From Candidatus Moanibacter sp. (GTDB lineage Bacteria; Verrucomicrobiota; Verrucomicrobiia; Opitutales; UBA2987): a DNA stretch of 64,000 nt. Shown here one piece after another: positions 63,619-64,000 of this stretch. Positions within the stretch are counted from its first letter, which is position 1. Every line of letters begins with the position of its first letter. The stretch is taken from assembly GCA_965215885.1 (NCBI GenBank), contig CBDCEW010000093.1:62801-126800 (forward strand), written 5' to 3'. The notes beneath the pieces are model-generated. The model did no database searches. It was not told the DNA's origin and saw only the letters and a list, made by a program, of their open reading frames with translations. Made by a program: the position numbers and the translations under genes.

Positions 63619-64000
63619 GACCCTTTATGGTGGTCGCAATTTTGCATATTGTCCGGCTGCCCGTGTGAAGCCAAACAGAAAACTAAAGAATTGTTAGAAG
63701 TGTCAGATTAATAGTTATTTCGTGCCGCTGGCATAGTCCCGGAGGGAGAATACGGAAAAATGCCTAGCGCAGTATAGCCGCAACCAAGAAAGAAGAAGAG
63801 AACCGCAGATGCACGCAGATGGACGCGAATGAAGAAGAATTGACCACGGATTCGAGAAAACCGCGGATTAATCAAAGAGAAAGTAACCAACGGGTCCGAC
63901 AAAACTCACCGCAGAAGAATTGAGAACAGAAACATCGAACACTGAACGTCTAACATCGAAGTAAAGACCTTCGGTATTCGAATTTCCACCGCCAGAGCTT

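Overview
A 64-kb bacterial chromosomal window, probably from the PVC superphylum (Verrucomicrobiota-like). That taxonomy is inferred from a PEP-CTERM protein and the style of the secreted fibre proteins. Scattered single-base indels suggest an imperfectly polished long-read assembly and/or pseudogenisation. Left third: a DUF4160/DUF2442 toxin-antitoxin pair, an IS inserted into a REP hairpin, a secreted tail-fibre-like protein with a partner gene, and housekeeping genes (YbfF-like esterase, mutS, SLT, TonB-like, maf, TolC, nadE, hemL). It also holds a RAYT transposase flanked by two REPIN hairpins. Middle: catabolic genes (two BNR/sialidase-like proteins, an SDR, an FAD oxidase, a class IV aminotransferase and a dgcN/dgcA-like pair). 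These are followed by an IS-rich block: a second IS copy, a DUF4338-ISAs1 pseudogene, a truncated octaheme cytochrome and an unclassified 2.37-kb IS. After that come an integrase-less integron remnant with two cassettes and an AbiE relic. Right third: a catabolic island with four paralogous agarase(GH50)-like domains that appear to lack the canonical catalytic glutamates. They are interleaved with three enolase-superfamily enzymes, a DHDPS-family aldolase, a HAD and a PhyH dioxygenase, and the island ends in ISL3 and IS4 elements. Intergenic DNA is dense with nested repeat families: several REP types, microsatellite-armed palindromes, MITEs and 17-39-nt micro-palindromes that are present or absent between repeat copies. 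No rRNA, tRNA or CRISPR array was seen. All family assignments come from motif recognition by eye, not from database searches.
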